A stretch of DNA of 64,000 nucleotides, taken from assembly GCF_041956535.1 (NCBI RefSeq), contig NW_027192199.1:696068-760067 (forward strand). The letters run 5' to 3'. Each line of letters opens with the position of its first letter. Position 1 is the first letter of the stretch. This document shows, in pieces, positions 48,156 to 62,763 of this stretch. The notes under the pieces were generated by a model that was not told the origin of the DNA, ran no database searches, and saw only the letters and a list, made by a program, of their open reading frames with translations. Source of the DNA: Calcarisporiella thermophila CBS 279.70. Lineage: Eukaryota; Fungi; Calcarisporiellomycota. A program made the translations under genes and the position numbers.

Positions 48156-51100
48156 ATGCCGTTGCTAGTCCGCAGTTTTCTCTATTTACGCCGGAATGCT
48201 ATCCCCATTTTACATCACGCCAAAAATTTGCGAGCTCCGTACTCGCGTTTCACTGTAGCACGTTTTTCGCGTCCTAGCACAGCATCCTTACCACTCTATC
48301 CATTGACTAGAGTCTCCCTTCCAACTTCAGTGAAACTCTTACGTAGCCAAGTGCGCCTGTACAATGGAAATGGAATGCCCGGAGGATTTCAGCTGAATCC
48401 TAGCCCTCCCAAGAAAGGCGAATCGCTGCAACAGTTTGGTATTGATCTGACCGATCTCGCATCGAAGGGAAAACTGGATCCAGTCATTGGGCGAGAGGAA
48501 GGTAAAAGAGCTGATATACAAGCTTTTGAATCCAATATCTAATGTTTACGAGTACATTCTTTTTACCATGCAGAAATTCGAAGAGCTATACAAGGTAATT
48601 TTACAAATTGTGCCTTGGAATAACCTAAAATATCTTGACACTTTTCGTTTTATCTATCTTTTACTCTTTAGTGTAAGAATCACATTTACTGCCTCTATGA
48701 GTGTCTCATATGATAATATGTTTATTGTGCATAAGATTATCGAGGAGAACGAAGAACAACCCAGTGCTTATTGGAGAAGCAGGGTATGGGCTTTAAAAAA
48801 ATACTTGTTAGTTAGGAATATGCTCGGCCAATTAATTCTTACCCAAAAGGGTTGGCAAAACTGCAATCATAGAAGGGCTGGCACAGCGAATTGTGAATGG
48901 GGAGGTGCCGGAGTCTATCAAGAATAAAAAAGTGATTTCCTTGGATCTTGGTGCACTCGTCGCTGGTGCCAAATTTCGGTAGGAATGTTGCCACAGCGTT
49001 GTCGCCCAACACTTTGTATATATGTCACGTCCTCATTATATTGTTTAGGGGGGAGTTTGAAGATAGACTTAAAGCGGTGCTGCGAGATGTCCAGGATGCC
49101 GAAGGAAGTGTTGTTTTGTTCATAGATGAGATTCACATGTTACTAGGTAACTAAATTACCTATAACCAAACTTTTGAGTTGACTAATTGTTGGTATAGGT
49201 CTTGGAAAGGCGGAGGGAGCCATGGATGCTGGTAACTTGCTTAAACCTGCATTAGCTCGAGGTCTACGTTGCTGTGGTGCCACCACAATTGATGAGTACA
49301 GAAAGGTAAATCGATTTTTATTTTACCAGGTCACCTCAGCGCTTCAATAACTTTTTTATATCTTAACAGTATATTGAAAAAGATCCAGCTTTGGCTCGGC
49401 GATTTCAATCGGTGCTAGTTAGCGAGCCTACGGTAATTTAGGGCACTGGTTAGTATGTCTTGTATAAACTGGCTTAACCTATAATTCTCTAGGTTGAGGA
49501 TACCATCTCAATTTTGAGAGGACTAAAAGAACGATATGAAGTCCATCATGGTGTGCAAATCGAAGACCGCGCTCTGGTGGTCGCAGCGCAGTATGCGCAT
49601 CGATATTTGGACCGTTTCCTTCCTGATAAAGTGTGTAAATGGTGTAGGATGAGTTCTCTCTTGAGAATTAATGTTCTCCGCTTTTTCGATGCCACCAGGC
49701 CATCGATCTTGTAGATGAAGCTTGCTCTAAGTTGCGCCTGCAACAAGAATCCAAACCGGAAGTGATCGAGAACTTGGATAGGGCTATTATCACTATGCAG
49801 ATTGAGCTGGAAAGTTTGAAAAAAGTGCTCTTTGTTTTCTTAAATAGTACCCTTTTCTTTGCGGATATTAACCTAATGTAATCAAGGAAACGGATCTTTT
49901 ATCAAGGGATCGGCGTGAAAAACTGTTGAAGGATTTGGAGGAAAAAAAGGCAGAGTGCGATCGTTTGACAAGTATCTGGCTTGAAGAAAGGTAGGAAAGT
50001 TTTGCCATTCCCATCTTACTGTATAGATTGCTTATAGCCTCTACTCCAATTTCTTCTAGAAAAAAGCTGGATGAGATTAAGCAAATCAAAACACAATTGG
50101 AACAAGCTAGAGTTGATTTAGAGAATGGTTAGGGACATTCTAACTTGTTCATTTTTTTTTTTCCGCTCCGAAGCATTGTCATTTTACTGACTCGGTTGTT
50201 TGAAAAATATTAGCGCAGCGACAAGGCAATTTTACCAGAGCTAGCGAACTTCGTTACGGGATAATTCCTTCACTTGAAAAGAAGCTTCCAAAAGAAAGGT
50301 TAATAGAATTTCTATAAAATATCCTTCATTATGTCTAATTCGGCTCGAATATAGTGGTGAGGAGGCAAGTGAGGGCCAGGAATCGCTTCTTCACGAACGT
50401 GTTACCTCCGATGATATCGCACGCGTCATTGCGGCTAAGACGGGCATTCCAGTGCAGAATCTACTTCGTGGGGAACGCGAAAAACTGCTCCACATGGAAG
50501 AGGCCCTTTCACAGCAGGTGATCGGCCAGGATGAGGCGATCCGTTCAGTATGCGACGCAGTTCGTCTTTCTCGTGCAGGGCTCACTGACAGTCGACGACC
50601 AATCGCATCTTTCATGTTTTTGGGCGGAACTGGGACAGGTATTCATGAGAGTTTTCAATTTTTTGGGCTTGGGATCAATTTCAATTCATCTTCATTAATA
50701 TTCACCCTACCGAAAGGAAAAACGGAATTGTCTAAGGCGATTGCACGCTTTTTATTTAACTCGGAATCAGCCATTATTCGAGTCGATATGTCCGAGTACA
50801 TGGAAAAGTTTAGCGTTAGCAGATTGATTGGTGCACCTCCAGGCTATGTGAGTGATAGCTTAAGCTATTCTTGGACCGATTTAGTACTAACTCGTTATCC
50901 TTATTCTTATTAGATAGGATTTGAAGAGGGTATACTCTACGAACAGAATCCTTTTGACGCTGTGTTGATCTTGATGGATTAATGATAAAATGAATATAAT
51001 TTTATAGGCGGCGAGCTTACCGAGGCGGTCCGTAGATCGCCATACTCCGTTATCTTGTTTGATGAATACGAAAAAGCACACAAAGATGGTATTTACCTAT

Positions 51101-51997
51101 TTTTTTTTTTTTTTCAAAAACCTCGTTTTGCTCCAATCCTATTTATGTTTCACTCTGATATAGTGAGCAATCTCCTTCTTCAAATCCTTGACGATGGCTT
51201 TTGCACTGACTCAAAGGGGCGTAAAGTGGATTTCAGAAACACTATCATAGTGCGTTAATTTTTTTTTTTTTTACTATTTCTAATCATAATCGCATAACTT
51301 TTCATTTGCAGATTATGACCTCTAACTTGGGTGCAGACCTATTGACGATGGAGACCGGTGAAATGATAAGTGAGCGAACCAAAAAAGCCGTATTCGATGT
51401 TGTTCGGCGAACTTTCCCGCCAGAATTTATCAACCGCATCGACGAAATGGTAACAAGCTTTTATTTTTTTTTTATTTAAAAAAAACTACAAGAGTTAGCG
51501 TACATGACGATTAATGTCTAAATAACCATGACCTCTTCTTATTTTATAGATCGTCTTCAATCGTCTCTCCCACCAGGTTTTGCGTCAAATAGTGGACGTA
51601 CGACTCAAAGAAGTTCAAGAGCGCGTTGCTGATCGTCGAATCACCATCGATTTGGATGAGGATGCCAGAGCCTGGTTGTCGGAAAAAGGCTACGATCCCA
51701 TCTATGGTTCGTATAATTTAATATCTTCTCTTCTGGTTATTTCTAACTTGCTTCATCCATTCTCACTGCGTATGCCACGTCTTGTTAGGTGCGCGTCCGC
51801 TCAATCGATTGATCCAGAAAAAGCTGCTCAATCCGCTTGCGCGTTTGTTGATTGATGGGGGTGTGCGTGCTGGTGAAATAGTGCAAGTCAGAACTAAGAA
51901 TGACGATTTAGTAGTCAAGCGCAACCATGAGCCTGGAGAGTATGGTGGTGACACAAAGCCTGCACCACTAGTGGAGGATAAAGAAGGGGATATATAG
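48156..51997 (+). CDS. HSP78: Mitochondrial ClpB disaggregase Hsp78 (about 21 exons)
   Basis: Arg/Ser-rich presequence and no Clp N-domain; [57 protein letters not shown]. Confidence 0.94.
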
Positions 51998-52194
51998 AGG
52001 AGGAATGAAAATACAGCCCAATTGATCATGGAGTGCTGCATGTTTTCTTTATTATTTCTGGGAAAAATACAAGATAGGAAAAATCGGCAGCTGATTGTAC
52101 CAATATTAATACAACTCTTTGCTTCTAATAATGACAAGTAGTCAAAAAAAAAAAAGTAAGGCCACAAAAAGTATCATACGGGGGTATCCACAAT

Positions 52195-53868
52195 TTAATC
52201 ACTGTCGCTCCATGTGTCCTTCTGAGCCTAACAAAAGAATGGGGTTAAAATTGGATGAGAAGGTCCAATTCAATGTAAGCGCTTGAATAGCAAACCTCTT
52301 GGATCTTTTTCTCTCTTTCATCCTCGGGGAAGAAGGGTGCCCATACCAAAACCTCGTTGTCGGTTCCGCCAGTATAGAGCTCCAGTTTCCCCGGTCTCCA
52401 GGCGATGGAGGTCACACGACCGTATGACCCTCGTAAACGTTTCACAAGTCTACCATCATAAAGTTCAAAAACAAGAATCTGCCTATCATCCGACGGCTGA
52501 AACACAAGAGGACGACGGCATGCCTCGGGAGGTGAGATACACGGAAGCAGTACATGAGGGTATTTGTTTCGGATGTGTGGACCATAGTTGACGAGGGTAT
52601 TACGAGCCCCGCTAGAAAGATCCCACAGACGCAGCTTCTCGTCTAGACCAAGCGAAAGGAGGTGATAGCCGTCAGGAGTAAACGCTAGCCCATTCACAAT
52701 TCCATTGTGGGCAGTGTTTGTGGGAGAGAGGGGTTCTTGACCTGAGAAAAGCAGAACCCACGTAGAGTGGATCAATATACGCGTATTGAGAATAGACATA
52801 CAATATAAACTATGTAAGGTTGGATTAAGCACCTGTATTGTGTTGATCCAGGGATATTAGGCAGGGGGAGGCGCGGCGAATATCCCAGAATCTTATTGTG
52901 CGGTCGCTAGCTCCGGATGCTAATAAATATTCATCTGTGGGAGACCAACGCACAGTCATTACCGTTCCATGATGACCTATGTTTACGATGATAAGTATAA
53001 AACAATTACAGCAAGTAAAAAGTGAAAACTTACCTGGGAGTGTATGAGTAAAGGCACCTGTTCGTAAATCACACAGTCTAATTCTGGGATCAGAGGTCGC
53101 GCCTTTCAAAATAGCGGTAGAGCAATAAATACATGTCAGCTACCATGTAGTCGACTCAAAAAAGTTCTATAGCTGGACGATGCTTACTTGCTACCAGGCA
53201 GTGCTCAGCTATCGGCGAAATTGCGTGAGAGTAGACTTTGGCTTCTAGATCAAATATACACGCTTCCTAAATTAAAAGCTTTCAAGTTTCAAGTGGGATC
53301 GTCTGATGGGTAGAAAATATACACGACAACACCTTCATTAGATTAGTATCCCATATTTTTATTGTATGATCAAAGGAGGATGTGATAAATAATCCTGTGT
53401 CGAATGGGTACCATGACACTCCAGACACACCATAACGATGACCATAATTTCTAATAACAAGTAATTTAGAGTCAATCTAGTGCGCCAAATGTAGAACCTA
53501 GACAAGATCAATTCTTTGCTTACCTAGGGATTTTAGATATTGCAGATATACGTATACGATTCTGATTCAGCGGTTCTTCTAGATCGTATAAGCAAATAGA
53601 AGAATCAGCTCCTCCAGATAAAAGGCTAATAATTAGAAGAAGTGTGATCAATAACTCGTTTTCTCCTGGTGAATGTCAGAATAGAGCATTCATACTATCT
53701 TCCTTCGACATTTTCAATTTCTAAACAGCTAACCGTACCATGGTGTTCCCTCGCTACGTCTTTATTTGGACACAATTCAATAGCTAAAGTGCGCCTTGTT
53801 AACTCAGCATTCTTCAATATATTTGGATGATCGGTGCCTAGCTCTCTTGCCAGCAGAAAATGGTTCAT
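52195..53868 (-). CDS. ERCC8: CSA/ERCC8/Rad28 WD40 DNA excision repair protein
   Basis: EGRYLLSGGAD, WYPFDTGLFITSSFD, IRLCDLRTGAFTHTL, WDIRRA, AHNGIVNGL, NTLVNYG; ends DTWSDSD. Confidence 0.92.
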
Positions 53869-54029
53869 TCTCTGGCATTCTCTAAAAAGAGAAAACGAAA
53901 TTCTTTCAATTCAGTTCGAATTAAACGGTCACGATAACTCAGTTTAGTAAAATGCAAAATCTCAGCTCTACCAACCCTGTTTTTTTTGGGTTGAATTCGA
54001 ATCGATTTTACTGAGACCGTTTCTCCGTC

Positions 54030-57000
54030 ATGTCACAACCAGCAGAGAAGGAGGTGGCGAGAAGCTCAAGAAACAGAGCATCTCGGTCAAATACCAATCA
54101 CCGTAAGACTTTCTAGATTAGATGATCGATTAGAAGTTCTCCATCCACTAATTACTACTCTTTTGCAGGCACATCCATCATAATGAACAATAAAGCATTT
54201 GACCCTAGAAAATACGTTGCAGAAATGCATAAAGACACTTCATACAATGATCTCGTCGCCGAATTGGAGAGGATGCGGACATCCATCGATCAAAGAGCGG
54301 AAGCACTTAAATCTTTGGTACATTCTAATTTTGACCGCTTCGTGAATGCGAAAAACACGCTCGACAATGTGCACGAGGCGATGAAAAAAAAAGGGTTGAG
54401 GTCAGAAGAAGAATTCGCTACTAGAAATGCAAGCAGGGCGCTCGAAGGTATTCATTTCAATATTTTATTTGGTCCTCAATATGAACTCGAGAAACTAAAA
54501 CACTGTCTACACTTGTATTACTGAAGAGGCTTCTGTCCGAGCATCGCAAGTGTATGGCCCATTGTTGGAGCGGAGGGCTAAAGCTGAAAAGATCAGAGGG
54601 ACATTAAATGTCCTAGAGAAGTACAAATTTTTCTTCAGCTTACCAAGCACTTTACAAGGGCACACCAAGCAGGTTCGTAAACTATGAGTAATGCTATTTC
54701 TTTGAATCCTTAGTTGATTCTTCCCCTTGTCTCGTCTCAACTAGAGGAAATATGATGCCGTTGTTCGTGACTACAAGAAAGGGAAATTTCTCTACCAATC
54801 GTCAACAGAGAATGACGCAGAATCTGAAGTTGCCACTGCAGCAGGCGCCAAAGGCAATGTGGTTTTCACCGAACAAAATCGCAAAGTGTTCGAGAAAATT
54901 TGGTCGGAAGTCGACAGTATCATAGTCGATTTACGCGCGACTCTATTCAGACAGCTATCAGAGTTTTGGCGGCCAATGGATGACCAGGAGAAGACGATCA
55001 AGTAGCCTTCAATTGTTTTTGATTAGACGATTCAAGCTTGCTCACTCATATGTCACCTCACTTATAGTATCCTAGTTGAGTTAGATTCTCAGACAGATCC
55101 AGTGTGGTTTTATCTTGATAGCCAATACAAGTGGATTGTGGGATCGTTAAACGAGGCTTATGACGAAGAAATGGAAAAGATACAAGGTAATTATTTTTTA
55201 TACTTGGTTTCATTCCGGGAATCTAACAAATTATATTATACCGCATTCAGCCCTTCGCAACTCGATGTCAAGTCTACAAGATATAAACCGGTACCGTGCT
55301 CTCGCTCTTAAACGTGCTATACTCGCCTCCAATACTAAAAATTTTGAGGCTTCACTTTGTGAGTATTCTACAATAAGTTCGGCTATTTATGGCTTGGTGC
55401 TCATACAATAGTTACTGCTTCTATTTTTTTCAGCCAAAGAGCTTGATGTAGAAATATGGCAAGCAATGCTTAATCTCGTAAAAACGCTCTCAGATATGCT
55501 GTTGCGTAGCTTGCCCGATTTCTGGAAGCTCTGTAAATCGTTCATTGAGGGAAAATTTCAAAACAAGGTACTATGGTATAGCTTTTTTAACTAGTTAACT
55601 CGCAAATAAAATCAACCCTGGAAGCTTTGACCTCCTGTATAGACGTCAGCCACCTTGACCAGTACACGACGTAGACGCCAAGGCATGGATTTGCATAAAG
55701 TGGAGCAGTGTCAACAAATGGCCCGCGAAGTAGTGGATATCTATGCTTCTCTCATAACCAAACTCTTTGCAGAATCTCCTGAAAACATGCAGAACGCAAA
55801 CCCTACGCATAAGGCAAATCCGTCCGATACCGATCAAGCGGATGCGGATAGCATCCCTCCTCCTTCATTTCTACCACCGAATACCGCCTCAGTATCCACA
55901 TGCTATTTCCTTACTCGCATTATTGTAGAACTTGCAAGTTGTGTAAATGACATTAATTCAATTAACATGGCGGGCGAAGCCTTTTCTGGACTTTCGAAAT
56001 TGATGGGGGAGACTCGGAAACGGTTCGTTGATGCTATGTGTTACACCTGGAATCGAGGTAAAAAAAAGCCCTTGCATTATATTTCCGGTGCTATGCTCTC
56101 TTAATTTATTTTGCTCATCAGACGCAAAGACGTTCTATATGCTCGAAAATTGGACACTTGACCATGAGTACAAAGAAATTACCGCTTTTACCCGCTTATT
56201 TTTCCTCTTTCAAAAAAATTGCTCCCGAAATGCCTTCAAGATCGCGAGCCTACGAGAGGTTGGCGGAGGTGAGGACGATAAAGAGGTATGCCATTCGTGT
56301 CTGATGATTATATGGCACTGACTCATTACCTTAATTCTACCCAATATAGCAAAAACTTCAACTCTCACCTGTGTTTGTTGAGAAAATTCGTGGAGCATTC
56401 CTTGATTCTTTGTATGCCTATCTTGATGGACTTGTGCACCTTGCTTTCTCCGACTACGTGTCGATCGAGCCAGAAGACGACGAAATCATTGCTAAACGAG
56501 GCAAATTGGACGTGCATTCCATGGTGAGTGGTTGACTTCAAACTACCAACTGAATCAGCTAGCAACTATATTAACATTGGATCAGGACTGTCGGATCTTA
56601 ATTACAATCAGCAATCTAACGCATTTAAAATCTAACATTGTACCAAAACTCATCTCTATGTTTGAGGCTGCATATCAGTGCAAATTAACAGAGGAGACAA
56701 AGGCAAGCATTATTGATGCTCGTTTTTTGTTCTTTTTTACATAAACAATTTATATATTTATAGACCATAATGGGTGTGCTCAAACAACTTGACAACATTC
56801 TCTTTGAAGATTTTGTCAAGCGAAAGAATGAGGTAGTGAGCGAGATTGTCCGCAACGGCATCCTTAATGGAGGAATCGATTGGTATACTATTTCGAAGCC
56901 TACTGAAGTGCACTCATTTGTTTACGAGGCACTACTTTCTCTGGTGCTCGTACACGCGCAAGTAAACGATATCGCTCCTCCACTTGTCCACCGCTCCTTG

Positions 57001-57330
57001 TCAGCGATATTAGATACCCTAGTGCAGGACTGCCTTGATTGTTTCCAAAAAGTGCCGCGGTTTGGTATGGGTGGAATGCTTCAAGCAACGCTAGAGGTGG
57101 AATTTATGCATCAGACGCTCGGACAGTATGTGACGCCGAATGCCGCCAATACACTACAGCAGGTGTACACAGTAATTGAAAAGGCCTATGAACCACCTGC
57201 CGACAACGATGGGAGTAAAAATCGATCGAGCGCCATCTTACAGACCGAGTTAAGTTCGGTGAAAAAGGTGCTAACCGAGGCGAAAAAATCAACTGCCCTT
57301 CAGTACTCTTGCTTTAAAAAACGCACCTAA
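54030..57330 (+). CDS. SEC5: Exocyst complex component Sec5
   Basis: FDPRKYVAEMHKDTSY, LKSLVHSNFDRFVNAKNTLD, KFFFSLP, LLSLVLVHAQV, FGMGGMLQATLEVEF. Confidence 0.93.
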
Positions 57331-57621
57331 ATTTAAAATTTTTTCGACTTTATTTTTGGGTAATCACCAATTTGTATATTATATAGAAATCGTTAATTTT
57401 TTACGTCTTTTTTTCTCGCGTCTGTATAAAATATCTTCTGGTATCATATATAACGTTATTTTTCGATTACCAGTGTTGTCAAAGTAGGACGGTATTGTAA
57501 TGCATTTGTACAATGGGTAAAATAGTTCCTATGCACTCGGAAGGAATTCTATATTCCATACGCCTTGTATCTCTAGAAGTAAAGCTAAAGCATTAAGTGC
57601 AATTTATTATACAAAATATTT

Positions 57622-60600
57622 CTATGTGTCTAGCATGGTAACTTCGTCAATGTCCTGACTTTTCTCCTCCATCTCCTCATCCTCCTCATCTTCGCAGTTA
57701 TCTGTATCGAATACAAGAAACTTTCTCAAATCGGCAGCCAGTAAGCACGCTATTCTTCGACCTGTGCGGCCATTTGTCGCAAGCCGAATAGGAACAAAGT
57801 TTGCTTCCATGCAGCGGTATTTATTCCCAAGAGAATATAGACTTGCACCCGACGGCTACAATAGATGTAGTAGAGTAAATGGTAGCAGGTACTTATATTC
57901 TAAATGAAGACGGGTAATTACCATAATCCGATTAGCTGTTTCAATTATATTTGTGGGCTGGTCAGCTCCCTGGGTAAGGGGTGGCTGAACAATGGGCAAG
58001 TATTCAAGGTCTGGGTATGGGGTCATAATTAGTTGATATTGAGGGGTTCCTATGGAAATAACCAAAAAAAAAAGATATTAGATGTATACCCACTGCAATT
58101 ACCTCAAAGAGCTATGTACCATTCTCTGATTTATCGGCAGCTATTATAGCCAGTGACTCGTCATCATAAAACTCCAAATCAATGACACATGTACGCTTCC
58201 CTAATTTGTTCATATCAACTCGGGCTATTTCACTTCTCCATGTGATCTTGGTTGGACTCCAGTATCCCGACTGTTTATCTGGAGGGCAAGCAGGAGAGAG
58301 CGGTATACGCACAACCCATAAAACGGAACTCTCGGGCGGAATAAGTGCAAGATACTGCATTATGCCATGTTTTCTTGTTGTGCAAGTACGCATTCCCGTT
58401 AATAGTACATTTTCCAATGCCTTTTCTGCTGCATTCCACTTCCATTTCTTTTTTCCTGTCATCAAAGAAGAATTGAGGGGCAGCCGCCCTTGCCCTCCTG
58501 CATAAATCTCAGCAGGACTTGAAAGCTTTACACAGTTGAGCAGGATTAAAGACTGCCCGATTATTTGCGCAGGGATCTCGAATAGTTTGTTGCATAGTTT
58601 AGTCACAGCACTTGCGAGAGTATTAAGGGTTAATTTTTGTACGGGAAGAGAGAACGTGAAAGGAACCGACTGCCGATCAGTTCGATGGGGCATTGATTTT
58701 GAGAGCTCTGAGGTCATTTCGCCGTTGGCTGTTGGAAGGACGATTTCATCGTTATATTCCATTTCGCCCTCTTGGTTAACGAAAAATGACTCAAGAGCAT
58801 CGACAGTCAATGAATTCTTCAAATAATCAACAACTCTGACTATGTTGAATGCAACAGACTTTTCCGGGTTTACAGATGCGTCATCGGGTTGAAGAAGGTT
58901 TAGCACTGGAATTTGACAAATAAAGCAAAAGTGATTGTAGGAACTGGGAGAATCTATAACGAAATATAAACACATACCACTATGCAGCCACTGCATGAAT
59001 TCTTTGAAGTTGCGCCTTTCAACGTCGAGTACTTTAAAGAGCTCTTCCAATCGACCAACTAGTTTTCCTGTCAAGGATATACAATTGAAAACTGAAGATT
59101 CTTCCAATCCAATTACTCCAAACCGTCCGTGCCTGAATCAAAAGCAATAGTAGGATAAAAACAATCAAAAGCCTATTGAAAGCCTGACTATCTTTTACTT
59201 ACCATCTGCTATATCCACCTACATCTCCTAGTCGAATAAGCAATCTTTCACAAGCGGGTATCAGATGTTCTTGCACCATTTTGATCATATCAGAATAGTA
59301 AAGTTCGATTGATTTTTCCCAGCGTTTCAGCCCCTTAAAGATATTGGATTAATCAAATGAACTCAAAGGTGGCAAATTACTAAAACAATATACTCGTTCT
59401 GTCAATTCGCGTTGAAGGAAATGGTTAAGGCTTGAACTTGGAATACCCGTAGCCAACATACACATGAATTCGGCTATGGGTTTGGACTCTATCTCTAAAG
59501 TCGGGCAAAGGTGATTGGTATATATGAAAATGTCAGTAGGTAAGGTTTTCTTACCAGTATGATCTCGAATAACATCCTCAAATATCTCTAAGTGCCTCTC
59601 CGTTGTTCGTATTAATTGACGATGTGTTGACACGAGAGATTTTATGCCATCGGTGAGATAGTTAACCAAAAAATTTATACTTGTTGACATGAAGGGTAGA
59701 TTTCGAATTTCGGATTTGCGAAAGTGAAGTAGTACAGTATCGAAGGTCAGGAGAAAACACTTGCCTGGCATAGGAGGTAGATTCTCAAGAGAAGGAGTTA
59801 GGGGTTCGGAATTCTCAGTAGAGTCTGCATCGTTAGCATGCACAAGAAGACTTAAAATGGAAAGATCTGGAGTAACCGAGGCTTGTATAATTTTTGGATT
59901 CTGCTCGACGATATACCAGAATCCAATATAAATACTAAGAGGCATATATATATATTATTCTATTTATTAGCTCACCTTCAATCGGATTTTTGGATGTGTT
60001 GACAGAGAAACCACTCCAAGATTGAAAATCCCGAAAATACTGCAATATTAATATTTCATCATATAATTCCAAAACAATGGGTGAACTGTTTGGATACTAA
60101 CCTAAGGTGAAAGTTTCCATTCGCATCACCAGCAACAAGAAGATTCAATCTATCAGACGGCTGATGATGGTTCACAACAGGTGTAGCGGGCATTTCTTTA
60201 GGTCGAGCGGCAAAAGCACCAACGCTATTGGAGATTTATAAACAAACAAAAGTATTGGGATATAGTATTCAAAAGTATAATAATCCCAATATATTGAAAT
60301 ATAATAGAATTATCTGCTAACCTAACACTTGTATCGGGCATAGCGCTTAGTTGAGGAAGATACTGTAATATATCGTCTTGCTGAGGTGGCTATGAGTTAT
60401 AGACGTCCTTTAAGCTCAGCTATACTTATCAGTGTAAAATAAATCAACCTACCTTTACTACGTGTTGTTGGTCATCTTTCTTCTCTTCTGCCCAGTGTAA
60501 ACAAGTGATAGGCACTGATTTTTGCGTGGAGGAAGAGGGAGTCTGGATGAGTGGAATAGTGTAAATTACTTTGGCCGTGCTAACGTCATGCAATTTTATT

Positions 60601-60917
60601 TTTCCATCAGAATATCCAATGGCTATAACTTTGCCTGCGAATATGCAGATATCATATATATTTAACACCTACACTTAGTCTAGATTTTCTTATTTTGTAT
60701 ATTTACCGTCAGGTCGCCAAGCAACCGCTTGTACGGTCGCGTCAGCCAACGAAATGGACCATACTTTTTGCCATGATAGCCGATATAGAAAAATCTCTCC
60801 ACGAGCTGACACAGCAAGTAAAAGATCCATCGTTGGGCACCATGATATAAGAATTATGCGCTCTGCTACTTTCTTCTCAGTAAGAACGCGAAAATCTTGC
60901 CTCTCCTCATCTGTCAT
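57622..60917 (-). CDS. APC4: Anaphase-promoting complex subunit 4
   Basis: SWCPTMDLL...YRLSWQKVW...AWRPDGKVIAIGY; GLKRWEK; HLIPACERLL; DLEFYDDESL; NGRTGRRIAC. Confidence 0.9.
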
Positions 60918-61552
60918 TTGTGTTAAATCTAATTATGCATTCGTTATTTAGTTACAAAAATATATCTCATTATGGATAGCCGTGATAGTGACATCACGCG
61001 TTCAGGTGGCAAATTTTCAATTTAGCTTCCTAGTAAACATTCTCCTTAATTATTAGATAATTGTAACCCACAGAATGCAGACATCTTGATATCAAACAAT
61101 TGGCATATATTTGGCGATTAACGATTTCAATTATTCTTCTCTCTCTACGACTTTTAAATTCGCTAAGTGTTATACTAGATAATAGTATCTTCTGTATTGC
61201 ATAATGGTATTCCAAAAAAAATGTGTGATATTGCAATTAATATAAAAACTTTTGCACTTTAATTTGCTTCATCGTATTGTGACAATAAATTTATACCCAG
61301 CATATATCAGCAGCTAGTCTCATATAGTATTGTTTTTTCAATTATAATTCAATTGAATCGATTCTTCATATATACAAAATATCAAGCGATTTTCAACTGA
61401 TGTGAATAGTGAATTTTAAACTCTAAGCTAAACCTTTATGGATGCTAAAAGGATTTCTGAATTCGATATTAGTGGTTAAATCCTAATCTACACACATAAA
61501 ATATATGACTACTTTGTATATATTTCGTAGAAAATCATTTTCTTTAAATATT

Positions 61553-62464
61553 ATGTCTCGATTAACTACTAGAGAATTTCATTTTGGAAATGCTGGAAAC
61601 ATTACAATTCAAGTTCAAGAGGTAATATTTTATAATTCTACTATTTTTTTCCTCTTCATTAATTTTTATTCGAAAGATTTTAGATTCTGCCTATGGTTTC
61701 TACACCTGGGCATCTGCATACGTGCTTGCTTGGTATATCTATGATAAACAAGAAGAATTCTGCAATTCAACAATATTGGAGGTAAAACTGTCTATTGAAA
61801 ATTAAAAGAATTCATTGATTTTCAATTTAACTTGTTAATTAATAGCTAGGAGCTGGTACTGGCCTTCCTTCTCATCTTCTCACGCGATTGCCCAATCCAC
61901 CCCATCTAATTGTCACTGATATACCAGAAGTCCTTTCAAATATTCAGAGCAGCTTTTCCAATCTGGAAAATGTATGGGTACGATCTTTGCATTGGGGTAA
62001 CGTGGGGGATGTATTAGAAATTGTAAGAGAACTGCGAAAGCGAGAGCCTAAAAAAAATCTGGATTGGATTATCGGAGCAGATTTATTTTATGACAATAGA
62101 GGTAATGTATACATTGTCTTATAAACTGTCTTTTCACTAATAAACTTGCCTGTACAGATTTTGAGAATATAGTTACTACAGTTGCAATGATAATTAAATA
62201 TCATAGCCCAAAATGCCAGTTCCTTACTGCATACCAAGAGAGAAGGTTTTAATCATTGAATCTTTCTTTTACGACATAGCTATATTTATCATTTACATCT
62301 CTAGTTCAAAGCGTTCCATTCGACATCTACTTGATAAATGGGGGCTTGAAGCTGAACAATTACCTTTTCCAGCACGCCTTTTTAATACTGAAGATGAGCT
62401 ACCATTTGCTAGCCACTTGAGCAGCGTTTTTCTGTTCATTATTCGTGATAAGAGTATGTCATAG
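61553..62464 (+). CDS. Methyltransferase-16 family protein (METTL23-like)
   Basis: YGFYTWASAYVLA, ILELGAGTGLP, LHWG, IIGADLFYD, TAYQERSS. Confidence 0.85.
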
Positions 62465-62763
62465 CTTTTTGCTTTATTTCGTCATTATTCGGTATTTTCG
62501 ATTAGATTTTTACTGCACAAACTTTTTTATTCAATGATCCTATTGATGTTAATTCAATTTGTTATTTGTAAATAGTAAAACTTGGTTAAACATTGAAGTG
62601 GTTTACATGAGAATATTTAATAGTAAATTTATTATATATAAGATTTACGCTATTTTTCAAGGACAGTATTATACAAGAGAGGAAAAGAATAAAAACAACA
62701 AAAAAAGAAAAAAAAGGAAAAGTTGGAATGCGTGTGGTAGGGTTTTCGGCAAGGTCGTCTCGA

